A DNA stretch of 63,216 nt, filler included, from Octopus bimaculoides (Eukaryota), in the NCBI RefSeq assembly GCF_001194135.2. It is 7 parts of 7 records of this genome, joined end to end, with 100 filler letters (N's around TTAATTAATTAA, not from the genome) between each part and the next. Parts side by side here need not be neighbours in the genome. Positions count along the whole stretch, not along the records: positions 1 to 28,926 come from NC_068985.1; positions 29,027 to 46,999 come from NC_068983.1; 5 more parts are not named here. The stretch is one strand, 5' to 3'. A model generated the notes under the pieces. That model was not told the origin of the DNA. It saw only the letters and a list, made by a program, of their open reading frames with translations, and searched no databases. Both the position numbers and the translations under genes were made by a program. How positions within the stretch are numbered: the first letter of the stretch is position 1; every line of letters begins with the position of its first letter. Positions 25,442-38,728 of this stretch are shown piece after piece.

Positions 25442-28384
25442 CGATGCATGCAAGTATGTCTGAGAAGAGATTATTGTGGATATCTAAATCATATGAAACA
25501 TTGTGATCGCCATAATAATAATCACGCAATTTTTATCATCATCATCATCGCTAATATTATTTCCATTTTGATTATAAAAAATAACAATAAAAGCAATAAT
25601 ATAGACCGTATTAATCGGCACACCTCCAACATGAAAGTTAGTACTGATTTATTAACCCTGCCACCTCCCCTTCATTTCGTATGACTAAGCATTGGCTGTA
25701 ATTAGTCCGAACTTGCTGACATTCGAGCAAGGTGGCTATTGGAAAAGCTAGAAAGTGATTTACTTGAAGATCCTTGCTATTTCCTCTTTTAGAAGAAACA
25801 ATTCCTGCTATTCAATTTCTCCTTTCATATTAGTCAAAGATTTCTTAAGAAGATCCACGGACCTTTTATTGCTTGTATTCAAGAAAGAAAACTCTATTCA
25901 TTCCGCGCACTGAACGAAAGGAAATATCTTAGCCAGAACAGCCAGTTAACATTTCAATAATATTTCACTTAACTTAGATCGGGGAATGGGCAACCGAAAG
26001 CATCTCTGTTCTATAAAACCATTAGATCTATTCGGCTTTTAGATAAGATTATTTCATTAATGAATCCATCGTAGATTTGTATGGGACCAACTTTTCAGTG
26101 GAACGAGAAATGGAAACAATAAAATAGCTATTCAACCACTTCAATGACGTTAGAAAGGATATATAGAATCAATATATTTCATTATTTTATTGCTAGAGAA
26201 GAGATCAGTTATTTAATCCGGTGACAAAGGAGTTGGGAACAATTACAATATGCTACTTTCAGGCTGCAGCAAATTTTCTTGTCATGATATAGTAATAATA
26301 TCGGTAATATAGTGGTGCAACTCTAACGTTTTCCTTATATATGTGATGCTAGTTTTCTAGATGGATTGATGTAAAATAGGTTTTATAGATATACATATTT
26401 TTTATTTTTATTGTTTGTTTTGATTATTTTTCTTACCACTTTCAAACCGTTCATTGTTTCTCAAATGACGCAAACAAGGTATTTAAGATTTTCCGATTGT
26501 TATTTGTGAGACTAGAAAAAAAAATTGGAAATAATTTTACCACAAATCAATGTTACAGAAGTTGCACAGGTTTAACGTTGGTATTATACATGTACAGATT
26601 TAATCTTGAGATCATAAATTGACAGACGTAATGCTGATGTTATAACGTTTCAACTATACATGCACAGTTGTAACATTTACAATATAACTGTACAAATTTA
26701 ATGTTGGTGCTATAGCCGTAGAGACGAAATGAAGCTATTGTAGATATATAGATGCAAATTTGGTTATATGGACACACAAATGTAATGTCACGACAAATCT
26801 CCATAGATGTTGATATAGATATATATATATATGTGATACTGATATCGAGAAGTAGTGACTCAATGTCGAAATTATAGATGTAACAGTACTACTGTGAATA
26901 TAAGATGTTCATTATGGATATAGAGATATAACATTAATATTTTAGAAGACAGGGATGTAAGTTCGCAAATACACATATAATGCTGGAAATAAACAAATGA
27001 GTAGAATCACAGACTAATTGCTAATATGGTAATTATACAGGTTTTAACTTGTCTCTGACACACGAAGTATTGTTACTGTTACTGATATGCTAATATAATT
27101 TTAGGAACTAAGAGATACAGAAGTTATGCTGGCATGGGAAGTACATGTGGGTGTGGCATGTTAAGATATTAATCCAAAAAACTAGACGTAGAGATATGAT
27201 ATTCGTATTTTAGAAGCATGTGTGTGATAAATGAGAGTGTCGTGAAAATACATTCACATTTTGATCGTACTGAAGCAACAATACAATACAGATACATAAC
27301 GATTCCTCAACTGTGTTTCGGCCACTGTTGATATGCTACTGTTTTGGCTTTGATATTATTATTACTAGTTTCACTTCTTTATTTATAGATGATAATAAAT
27401 GGAGGGTGGTTGCTACATGCATTCAAAACAATTTATAATTCTCATTATAAAATTCGTCATTTTATAATTCTCAACATTAAAATTAGAGTTTATTTTATGA
27501 ATCTATAGAATGGAAAAGGAAAACCTCTTAAAGCTACTGTAACAAATATGTTGTAGACAGATTGAAACACCAGAAAAATTGCAAACAGTTCCATTTAATA
27601 TATCAATACCTTTATACCAGCATCAAATACATTTTCTTTAATAAATATATTAAAATCCAGTGAACGAATTTAAAATGTACACAAATGTACGCATTCAACA
27701 CACTGGTATAGGAATGGTTTTCAGTATAAGTAATTATATTCACATTTCAGAGTTCATCCATCAGTCTTTCTACTTTTTTTTATTTTTCTATCTAGCTATC
27801 TGTATAGCTGTATCTGTGTGTGTGTTTGAGTGTTTTATTCGGTTTTTTATCATGCTTCCAATGTCTTTAATTGTATCTCTGTAAGCCACTTTCTTCCCTT
27901 CTTTCTTACTTTCTTTACTCGGATTTCATTTCTGATTCCATTTCCGTCTTTATTTCCCGTCGACACTTTCTGTATTTCTTACGCACACTAACTCATACAC
28001 ACCAACACGCTTATACACTCACATCTGCTATAACACAAACAAACACACTTTATTTCCCCCGTTCTGTCTTATACCATTTCTTTCTCATTACTCTCTCTAT
28101 TTGGAATATTTCTTTCGGATATTTTTTAAGGAGAAATTGAAACTTCCATAATTTTTTCAGCAACATTGACATTTGGACATTTTTTCAATTGTCTTATAGT
28201 TAATTATTTCAAACATTATTAAATATTTATTGATAACACATCCTACTTATTTCTCAAACAATGGCTGTCTTGTTCAGATGTGCACTCATGTGAATATAGT
28301 GTAAGTATACCTATAAAGTATGTGTGTATATGTGTGAGTATATATATGTGTATGTGCATTGCTGAGCTTGTAAGTGTGTGTGTT

Positions 28385-28422
<38 letters not shown>

Positions 28423-28591
28423 TGTCCTCTGTCAATGTTAATGCCATTTTTTCCTACTTAGATTTATTTGCTTACATAAATCAAAGATCTCACACGTTTC
28501 CTGACACAGATCAATAAGAATTAAGATAAATGCCAATTAAGTGTAAACAACTGATGCCATTTAAATACAAATTTATTTGCATGCATATGCG

Positions 28592-28681
<90 letters not shown>

Positions 28682-28812
28682 CGTTTATGTATATGTACAT
28701 ATATACAAATATATATATATAAACATATATACATATATATATATATGTAGAAATATACATATATGTGTATGTATATATATATATATAAATATACATATAT
28801 AAATTTATATGC

Positions 28813-28843
<31 letters not shown>

Positions 28844-28926
28844 TAGATAGATAGATAGATAGATAGATATTATTTCTAAATCTTTCTAGGTATTAATATA
28901 TATATATATATGTATGTATATGTATA

Positions 28927-29026
28927 NNNNNNNNNNNNNNNNNNNNNNNNNNNNNNNNNNNNNNNNNNNNTTAATTAATTAANNNNNNNNNNNNNNNNNN
29001 NNNNNNNNNNNNNNNNNNNNNNNNNN
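28927..29026. other. Assembly gap linker N44-TTAATTAATTAA-N44 (also 47000-47099, 56256-56355, 57808-57907, 59825-59924, 61960-62059)
   Basis: Identical 100-bp layout six times. The 12-mer is palindromic with TAA stops in all six frames, i.e. a scaffolding spacer rather than biology. Confidence 0.95.
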
Positions 29027-29554
29027 TAGGTCTGTGGCGCAAATATATGAGTGTATATGTATATGGGTGTAGGTATACATGTGGAGACACGCGAGAGTGT
29101 ATGTGTGTATATATGTATATATGTGTGTATGGAGACGTATGTGTATGTGTGTACATGTAAACATGTAAACATATATAAGCTTGTATGTGTGTATGTGCAT
29201 ATGTATCGATGTATATATGGAGGTATAGCTATATGTATGTATGTACATATGTACGCATGTGTGTATGTGAGTATGTATGCGTATAGATGTAAATGTGTGT
29301 GTGTATCCGTGCGCGTTTATGTGGGTGCATATGTATGTGTATGTGTATGTGTGTATATGTATATGCATGCATATGTGAGTGTATATATGTGTTTGTGTGT
29401 ATATAATTATACATAAAAAATACATATAGATGTATATTGGTGTGTGTATCTAAGTATAGGTATATGTGTGTATGTGTGTGTGGGTGTAGGTGTGGGTATG
29501 TGGGTGGTGGTGTGCGGTACGTGTGCGTGGGCGGGTATAATTAATTAATTAATA

Positions 29555-30080
29555 TATTATCGTTTTCGGAAGATCCGATAGGAAATCTTGATGTACATGG
29601 GGGATGAATTTTTGGCAAGGGATTTTTACGCTGTAAACCGGGCGGTGTACGTCGCTGGATTTCGGTTGACTGGTTTGTTTACATTCTGTAAGAAAATAAC
29701 GATGGTAGGTTGCGTGCCGTCGATTATTCTTTCACCCTCTTGGATGATGTGTGTGTTTTGCTAATAATAGTATTGGTGATGGCAATAATGNNNNNNNNNN
29801 NNNNNNNNNNNNNNNNNNNNNNNNNNNNNNNNNNNNNNNNNNNNNNNNNNNNNNNNNNNNNNNNNNNNNNNNNNNNNNNNNNNNNNNNNNNNNNNNNNNN
29901 NNNNNNNNNNNNNNNNNNNNGTCTCCAGAAATTTGTAATATGTTGTAATTTGTTACAATATTTTACGAGACATCTTATGATGTGGTTTATTTATCCGGGA
30001 TACCCTATTGAAATGTGCATAGGTTTGGCTTATTGTGGTTGTTTCTGTTATTATAACTGTTGCTGCAATAGAGTATCTTC
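29555..30080 (-). mobile_element. Penelope-like element fragment (between RT and GIY-YIG)
   Basis: Minus frames give NPLPKIHP and MYIKISY, resembling the HPL.KIFN.NT.KISY motif of Penelope ORFs. Gap inside. Confidence 0.4.
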
Positions 30081-30121
30081 AATGCATTGATTTTGAGCTC
30101 TATCCTTTAAGAGACATGTAT

Positions 30122-30157
<36 letters not shown>

Positions 30158-30681
30158 TTGTATGTATATTCACATTAATATCTTATTTTTCTTATTTTTC
30201 ATATAGTGGTATCATAATAATAGTAGGATGCTTACAAGTAAGAGAAAAGAAAATTAAATTTGAATTATTTTGAGTATACACATTCACATAACATAAATTC
30301 TCCATTCGATGAATGCTAGAAAGGTCTTCTTGAAATTTGAAACTGTACACCTCTAATGTACAACAAACTGATTTTTACATTTGCATAAAATATAACAATG
30401 ACATCTTCCAGTTTTATGTATAGAACTATAAAAGGCAAAGATTTAATTACTTTTATTTTCGGCATTTATGGATCACATATTAATTTTTGTCGTGCAGTTG
30501 GTAAGCTAGAGTTTGATTTATTGGTTAAATTTGTTGTTTAAATTTGTTATACCGCCTTGCGGCAATTGTTAACGTTGTTAAATTGTTACAATAAACTGTG
30601 TATTGCTTGTTAAAAGCATTTGTTATTCATTCTCCCATTGGGGGAAATAATAATTACAATTATTGTGGTCGGAAAATAGAA

Positions 30682-31310
30682 ATGCCGCGTGGCGATAAGC
30701 CAAAAGAAATGTCGCGTGGCGATACGCCAAAAGGAAATATGTTTGAAGAGGTATCAAGTGCAACTGAAGGATCACCTTCAGATACGGAGGAAGAATTATT
30801 TCCAAGTCTGCCGTCTGGCACCACAAAAGAAAAGTCAAATATAGTGTCGAAAAGAGTAATTAATGTACCGAGTGTACAAAAAGAAAATAATAATGATATA
30901 AGGAAGTACAACGAAATAATAGGAAAAGATGGAAACGTGGCAAAAGTGCAACCCCCTGAGAGACTACTACAAGAAGAAAAGAAAAAGGTAATACTTTACA
31001 AAACCTATAATTTAAGTCGTAAAATTGATAAAATATCCAAAGGGACAGCAGGAAAATATCTGAAGGCCATGTGGTGTGATATTGATTACATCACAAGAGG
31101 AAAGAAATTTGGAACAGTAGAGATGAGGATGAGAAATGCGAGTCAACACTCAGTGAAAACGCTGAAAACAGAAGATGTGGGGCTCATTCCCATGTACATG
31201 GGGATGAGGACATCAAGGATAAGAATTGGGAGGATTCCTCCAGAGATTGATCTTATGTGGCTGGTTATGGCTGTGGTTATGAACCCAGAGGAGAAGATTA
31301 CGCTACCCCA
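30682..31310 (+). CDS. Tx1-type LINE ORF1 (N-terminal about 210 aa), truncated by an RTE fragment
   Basis: Uninterrupted frame [18 protein letters not shown]...[15 protein letters not shown]...[20 protein letters not shown]. It resembles the ORF1 remnant upstream of the Tx1 ORF2 at 45470-45680. Family call is by resemblance only. Confidence 0.6.
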
Positions 31311-31755
31311 CGCTTTCAAGGACCTTCATTAACAAAAGTGTCCAGCAGATCCTCCATCTGAAGTGGTTCGACAGAGTGCCAAACACCGACCTGTGGGAAA
31401 GGACCAACCAGGAGCCCATACATGCTCAGATTAGACGAAGGAAATGGAGATGGATCGGACACACACTGCGGAAAGAACCCTCAAATGTGACACGACAAGC
31501 ACTGGACTGGAACCCGCAGGGGAAAANNNNNNNNNNAGAACCCTCAAATGTGACACGACAAGCACTGGACTGGAACCCGCAGGGGAAAAAGGAAGCGAGG
31601 AGGCCCGAAGCAGACATGAAAGCGGAGCATTTTGGACGAGCAGGATCATCAACCTGACATGGGAAGCAGTCTAGAAACACGCCAATAACGGCAAAAAGTG
31701 GAAAATAACTCTTGAGGCCCTATGCTTCACAAGTGGCAAAAAGGATTAAGTGAGA
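31310..31755 (+). mobile_element. RTE LINE 3' end (5'-truncated)
   Basis: [51 protein letters not shown]...DWNPQGK..RGRPK is typical of the RTE C-terminus. Confidence 0.9.
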
Positions 31756-32653
31756 GAGTATCAATGGTAGATTGGGGCTCGTGGGATCGGAGCTGAACCA
31801 AAACGCCATTCCATTTGTTTTGTCATTTGTTTGCATTCCATTCAATTTCACGTTAAAATTTTAAACGCATTTCTTTGTTAAATCATACCGTGTATCTGAC
31901 ACCAAATCAAATTGTGCTGTCCCCATCTATGTTGGCCCCTGATGGGCAATAAAGAATTAATGGATCACATTAATTGTAAAATTGTATTACTCTTAGAAAT
32001 GGAATCTAAATTTGATAATCATTATTAGTTAATACATCTAGTCGCCAGAGATAATGAGTGTGAATTTCCGTGTAGTCAATCGAATGCTATTTAAAAATAT
32101 ATGAAAAAATGTTTAAAAGTTACTGTCGTAAATATGCGCTTGTACAATCTTGTGCTAAAATTTTTGCATTATATTGTATTCTCATTGAATATATTTGATT
32201 AACGATATATATATGTATACACACACACACACACACACACACACANNNNNNNNNNNNNNNNNNNNNNNNNNNNNNNNNNNNNNNNNNNNNNNNNNNNNNN
32301 NNNNNNNNNNNNNNNNNNNNNNNNNNNNNNNNNNNNNNNNNNNNNNNNNNNNNNNNNNNNNNNNNNNNNNNNNNNNNNNNNNNNNNNNNNNNNNNNNNNN
32401 NNNNNNNNNNNNNNNNNNNNNNNNNNNNNNNNNNNNNNNNNNNNNNNNNNNNNNNNNNNNNNNNNNNNNNNNNNNNNNNNNNNNNNNNNNNNNNNNNNNN
32501 NNNNNNNNNNNNNNNNNNNNNNNNNNNNNNNNNNNNNNNNNNNNNNNNNNNNNNNNNNNNNNNNNNNNNNNNNNNNNNNNNNNNNNNNNNNNNNNNNNNN
32601 NNNNNNNNNNNNNNNNNNNNNNNNNNNNNNNNNNNNNNNNNNNNNNNNNNTAT

Positions 32654-32693
<40 letters not shown>

Positions 32694-33367
32694 ATACTGA
32701 TGTTTACATTAGGTTCACTCCTGTTCCGTCCGTTGGTGTATTTATCTGTTAGTCTACACTGATTGCTTTTTCGACATATATTTTACTACGCTTTCTCTAT
32801 CACATTCTTTTTCACTCTAGGTGTAGTTCGTAGGCACACATACACACACACACACACACTCACACACACACACACATACACACACACACACGTACAATCA
32901 CACATGTTACAGCTTTCCGGTTTCGCATTTTTTCCACCATTATTAACTCATAAGGTGACATGGATAATGATACATTTAAATAGTAACTGTAAAAGCAGAA
33001 AGAAAATGCATGATTAGATAGTTAACGAAAAACAGTGTTTTAAAAACAATGACTAGAAACCTAGCCTGAAGAAATAAAGTGAGGTGTTGCAAACACATAA
33101 AAATGCTTAAGCTGTTTTTTTCCGCAAATTATTAGTATCTGGCTGCAGATAATGAATCGGTATTATAGCAAACACATAAACAGCACGTTTGATGGCGGAT
33201 TTCTACATTTCAAGGAACTTGCAATTCTGTAAAAAAATATTTTTAAAAAACCCATTAAGTTAAAAAAACTCAGTTTACAGATATTTTAAAGTTGATTTCA
33301 TGTAAATTAACTTAATTCTTTCTCTCTCTTTTTTTATCTCTCTCTCTCTCTCTCTTTATGTATCTAT

Positions 33368-33569
33368 AAGTGGCTGCGTGTTAAGAAGCTAGTTTCCTAA
33401 CCACATCGTTCTGGGTTCTCAGTTCAACTACGTAGCACCCTGCGCGAGTGTTTCTACTCTAGCCATGTCAATAGATTTGGTAAATGGAAGCTGAAAGCAC
33501 GTCGTGTATATATATATATATATATATATNNNNNNNNNNNNNNNNNNNNNNNNNNNNNNNNNNNNNNNN

Positions 33570-33633
<64 letters not shown>

Positions 33634-33830
33634 CTTTGTGTCTGTGTTTGTTACCACCTGTGTTTGACAACTGGTATTGGTGTGTTTACGTTCCCGTAAC
33701 CTAACATTTCAACAAAAGTACTCGATAGAATAAGAACCACGCTCAAAAATGTACTGGGGTCAATTCATTCGAACAAAAATGATTCAAAGCGTTGCCGCAG
33801 TCTAATGATTGTAGCATGTAAATGATAGAA
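33368..33830 (+). mobile_element. SINE family A, diverged full-length copy
   Basis: Head agtggctgcgtgttaagaagc, internal TA/TG microsatellite, tail ggtgtgtttacgttcccgtaac...cgatagaataag. Confidence 0.8.
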
Positions 33831-34634
33831 CATAGAGATGTATGCAAATATGCGATCATTTCGATCATCTGACATGTAGCACATGATGCACCTGTACAGG
33901 TAAATGTCGAATTGATGGAGGGAGTGAACTTATGTTTACACAAACATTTGATCACTATAAATAACTCATCTGCATGGTTGGTCTGGAAGAAATTTCCAAA
34001 CTCTCATACGTTGTCTAACGACTGGAGGGTGCATGTTATGCATATATATATACGGATTTTCTGTTTATATCTTTGTAAACTTTTCCGTTTGTTGTGTTTT
34101 TGTAAAATTTTTGAAATATCATTTATGTAACGTTAAGCACTCATGAGTTCTTTAACACATTTGTAAAAAAACATTTGGAGTACTTTTTGTGCGACGGCCA
34201 TTTCTATCTCTCTCCTTAGTACCTTACTTCGTTCTCTGTTTTGAATTTCTATATATCCTTCCCTCGTCTCCAGTTCTATAGGAAATTTTCATTTACCTTT
34301 GCTTTACCCAACAAATTCCTGTCTTAGCCTTCTTTTTTGTTGTATATGTATATTTTATTTTTTCATGTTTGTTTTCGTCATTGTTCTGTACGTTCATTAG
34401 CTATTCCCAGTGGCTTCTTACAACGGACACCCCCAAAAGGGAACAATATCGACGTTAAAGGCACACAATTGTAAGGATCTTTTTCACGTTGATAGATGAT
34501 GAAGTAGCTATGAAGGTTTTGTTTGTAATGCTCTTGTAAAATGTTCTGTTTCTTGTGTTTTTGTTAAATTTTTGAAACACACACATATAACTTGTTTAAC
34601 TAAAGAAATATGCAATCCGCTGAAGTCTGCTTAC

Positions 34635-34659
34635 CCTGCGACTTCGAAATAACTGTGAC
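34635..34659 (-). CDS. Candidate 25-nt exon
   Basis: Acceptor gtgcttgttctcacgcatag and donor GG|gtaagc. All three frames are open (e.g. GHSYFEVAG). Lies about 1 kb from the GC island. Confidence 0.25.
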
Positions 34660-35108
34660 CTATGCGTGAGAACAAGCACTAATCTACACATGCATTCTTA
34701 CATAAATACATACATACACGAGACATTTCCTCGTTCGCCAATATAACATGATGATGCCGGTACTTCAAGTAATGACTGTGCATGATACATTTTACAGTAA
34801 GGAGAGGCCTTACACACAACATACATCACGCTCTAAACAACGATGCCAAATACCCTAGAAAGAAGTAGTCAGCATCATTGGCTGCCATCGAGTCATAGGA
34901 TTTATATTAGACATTGCCTTCTCCTCCATTGATGTTCTGACAAGGACTAAGAATCACTCATTACACACACACACACACACATATATAATTAAGATCCAGT
35001 GGAATTAGACCCTTAAATTGAGGTACCAAGTCAGTCCGGTATTTTCTACAGAGCTCGGAGCAAGATGAATAAAAAGCAAATAAGTAACAAGGATTTCAAG
35101 ATATTCAG

Positions 35109-35195
35109 TGCATTACGGCCGTTTCAGGCGGCTCCATTTATTCAAACAATGCAAGCATTACACCAATTTGAAATACACCGCCTTCTTCGGATGCA
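35109..35195 (-). ncRNA. Type I hammerhead ribozyme motif (U4C core variant)
   Basis: Minus strand: TGCAT-CCGAAGA-AGGCGG-[46 nt]-CCGCCT-GAAAC-GGCC-GTA-ATGCA. Stem I 5 bp, stem II 6 bp, palindromic stem III ACGGCCGT, GUA triplet. Confidence 0.8.
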
Positions 35196-35699
35196 TAAAA
35201 CCATATAGGTTTTCAACATACAAGATACTTCGTTATAATTTTTAGGAAATATTTCATCAGAGCTAGAAAATAACTGAATTACATGTTTGCTGCTATTATT
35301 GTAGTATAATGAACTTCGGGAGAAAATACCCCAGTTATAATTTGGAATGGCAGAAGAGAATAACAATGGGAGTCATGAGATGGTAATATAGCTACAAATT
35401 TTATCTATCGCCTTATCACCATCAAAAGATTTAATGCAGCTAGTATACTACGTCCACTAAGAATTAAAACCACTGAGAATTGATAGTTAAGTTCTAGCTG
35501 CAGATAATTAATTATTGTTAGATACTCTCCTAAACCCCTACGTTACTATGGCTATGAATTCACTATGGCCATATAAAGAAACTAATCTCAGAAAGAGTCA
35601 GTAAGATAGTGGTGAATGTCTAGAAAGAGACAGGGTAGAGGTGATATAAACTATTTTAATATTATCAGTTAAAGGGGCCTAAAATAGAAAACAAAGGAC

Positions 35700-36066
35700 G
35701 TCAAAATGAGATCTAAATGGACACACGCTTCTCGTTGACCGCAGCCCGTGCTGTCGCAATCGTTTCGGAGCGGCCGCTCGCTCGCGCGCGCTCGGTGGGA
35801 GTCGTCGGCGGAAGCGACCGTCGTAGCGGAAGAAGGGAAAAGCAGCTGTCCCGCCTACTCGCTGCACTTCGGCCGCGCGTCGTCCTCCTCTTCTCCTCCT
35901 CTCGTCCGACCGTCCGTCTCCGTGTCTCGCGCGGCGCTGGCGGCAGCAGCCAGAAACCGCCTCGCTTCTTCGACCCGCACCGGCGCCCGTCCTTCCGCAG
36001 CGGCCCGGTGTGCGGTAGTCGGATCGCAAACCGTTTCTACTCGGCGAACTCTTTTTCTTCCGTCTT
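35700..36066. promoter_or_regulatory. GC/CpG-rich island (candidate promoter or first exon, or an orphan rDNA-spacer-like piece)
   Basis: Two 60-nt lines counted gave 38/60 and 42/60 GC, with dense CpG in an AT-rich background. It continues after a gap at 36702-36720, which has a minus-strand CCAAT. Confidence 0.45.
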
Positions 36067-36762
36067 NNNNNNNNNNNNNNNNNNNNNNNNNNNNNNNNNN
36101 NNNNNNNNNNNNNNNNNNNNNNNNNNNNNNNNNNNNNNNNNNNNNNNNNNNNNNNNNNNNNNNNNNNNNNNNNNNNNNNNNNNNNNNNNNNNNNNNNNNN
36201 NNNNNNNNNNNNNNNNNNNNNNNNNNNNNNNNNNNNNNNNNNNNNNNNNNNNNNNNNNNNNNNNNNNNNNNNNNNNNNNNNNNNNNNNNNNNNNNNNNNN
36301 NNNNNNNNNNNNNNNNNNNNNNNNNNNNNNNNNNNNNNNNNNNNNNNNNNNNNNNNNNNNNNNNNNNNNNNNNNNNNNNNNNNNNNNNNNNNNNNNNNNN
36401 NNNNNNNNNNNNNNNNNNNNNNNNNNNNNNNNNNNNNNNNNNNNNNNNNNNNNNNNNNNNNNNNNNNNNNNNNNNNNNNNNNNNNNNNNNNNNNNNNNNN
36501 NNNNNNNNNNNNNNNNNNNNNNNNNNNNNNNNNNNNNNNNNNNNNNNNNNNNNNNNNNNNNNNNNNNNNNNNNNNNNNNNNNNNNNNNNNNNNNNNNNNN
36601 NNNNNNNNNNNNNNNNNNNNNNNNNNNNNNNNNNNNNNNNNNNNNNNNNNNNNNNNNNNNNNNNNNNNNNNNNNNNNNNNNNNNNNNNNNNNNNNNNNNN
36701 NTCCGCATTGGTCGCGGCGCAAATATTAAACTGAGACCATCTTTTAATCCAATTATTATAAG

Positions 36763-36764
<2 letters not shown>

Positions 36765-36848
<84 letters not shown>
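36765..36848. repeat. Perfect 84-bp palindrome (TAA)14(TTA)14
   Basis: Directly visible; both arms are 42 bp. Confidence 0.9.
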
Positions 36849-36849
<1 letters not shown>

Positions 36850-37070
36850 GGCGGTCAGCTAGCAAAATCGTTAGTACGCCGGGCAAAATGCTTAGCGGTA
36901 TTTATTCTGTCTATATATATCTTAAGTCTAAAATTCCGCCGTGGTCGACTTTCATTTCGTCTTTTCGTGGTCGATAAAATAAGTATCAGTCATGTAATGC
37001 TGGTTGATATGATCAAGTAGTTGCCTCTCTCAAAATCTCAAACCGTGTGCCTATAACAGGTAGGAGCATT
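36849..37070 (+). mobile_element. tRNA-derived SINE family B (Meta/MESC-like central domain)
   Basis: aggcggtcagctagcaaaatcgttagtacgccgggcaaaatgcttagcgg head and the ggtcgacttt...tttcgtggtcgataaaataagtatcag core. Confidence 0.8.
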
Positions 37071-38728
37071 ATTATTTTTTGAAAAAAAGCAGAATCTTTA
37101 GAGTAACGGGTATAAATATATTTACATTCTGCATTCATATGCCGCTGTGATCTACTTCACGTTTTCTTCCTTCCAGGGTCGATAATATACGTACAAGTCA
37201 AGTAATGAGATCGATTTACACTGATCTTCAAGAAACACAAATACATTCCTTGTTCGTACGTATACTATAAATTGATGTTAGGCGTAGTCTTATCCTTAGA
37301 GTACAAGATAAAGACCTTACGATATTTAGCGACGTCACCTCCTAAATAAAACTACGAGGGATGGGAAGTAACCTTGCCTCCCACCCTTCATAGGTTAATA
37401 AATTGAGTAGCGGCATTATACTGAAAATTCTTTCTCTTGAATATAACATTATTGTCCCACTAGAAAAAAATATCCCTTCCTACTGCAATATAGAACATAA
37501 TAATTTTTTCTGTAACGTAGAGGAAGGCTGGCGTAGCTTAAAGTGGATGGTTCAAAATAATTAATTTTAGAAGAACATACTCTAGAGATTAAAAAAATAA
37601 TATTTTGAGCAGACGGCTAGAGGAAAACACAGATAAAAAATACGGAATTGAAAGCAATAAATACTAGAGATTAAAATAATATCTAATTTCATTCTAGGAA
37701 GGAAATAAAAACAGAAATGTTAACAACTTGGTCATTATAGTTTGCTGCACATTTTCTCATAAATCATATATATGTGTGTGCTCGTGTGTGTTTGTGCGTG
37801 CTTGTGTGTGCATGATTGTGTGCTTTCTGTATCTTTGCTTCATGTAAATATGAGTGAGTATGTGTTTTTATTTTCATATTTGGTCTCTTCTGTAACCAAT
37901 TTGTTTGCCGGCCTACTGGATGAAGAGTCAATATTACCATCGTAGCTGAATCTACCTAGATATAATTAGATGATATAAGTAGGTACGAGTGAATGCATTC
38001 AACAATAAATGAATTTGATGTTTCATATTTCAACTCGTACATCAGGGGTCCACAGTAGAAATATCACTTACATTTAATATTCAGCCCGTATATGACAGGT
38101 ATAGTATATTACTTTCTTATGTGCACACACACGCACACACGCGCACAGGCACGCACACGCACACATTTATACGTAGATAAATCTTCTGTGTACAGTTAAA
38201 TTAGCCTAGTACCGTATTGGTTTTGTCACTAGTTATGATATACAGACCAAACGGTAGAGAGGGAGAGCGAGAGAGATAATGAGAGAGAGATATATATTCA
38301 TATTCATTTGCAGGTATATTTTTATATATCTATCGAAAAATCTAATTGTTGTATTTCCCTCGGAAGACTCGTAGAGATAACACAACGAGTTGTACAATTT
38401 AATTATTACGTTTATTATTCAATTACATACAAAGAACGCACTCACCCAATATTTGTTATGAATAAACAAAAGTCATGTCCGCCATACATATATCAATGAC
38501 ATTTTACTACGACAGTCACACAAGACAACAACAATGAAACAATGAACTCAGACGAACCACATGTGACACACGGAACGTCAGACGAATTACATATCTAACA
38601 CTCCATATAACACTAATCTCTCTCTCTCTCTCTCACACACTCTCCATATTGATACACGTGTGCGTGTACGTTCATATATATATATGTATATATAAAGCAA
38701 ATAAGTCAGAAGGATGTCAAGGTATTAG

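Noticed and set aside
31476-31588. About 50-bp tandem duplication around a 10-N gap (also 56989-57096 and 57473-57546)
   Set aside because: Identical flanks on both sides of a 10-N gap are unmerged contig overlaps, not real repeats or CRISPR units.
35700-36066. rRNA gene call for the GC island
   Set aside because: No conserved 18S, 5.8S or 28S core is recognisable. Only a weak resemblance to an ITS2/28S boundary, insufficient for a call.
35679-36886. Arg/Ala-rich ORFs across the GC island
   Set aside because: Open frames in several phases are expected from high GC plus the N gap; no domain recognised.
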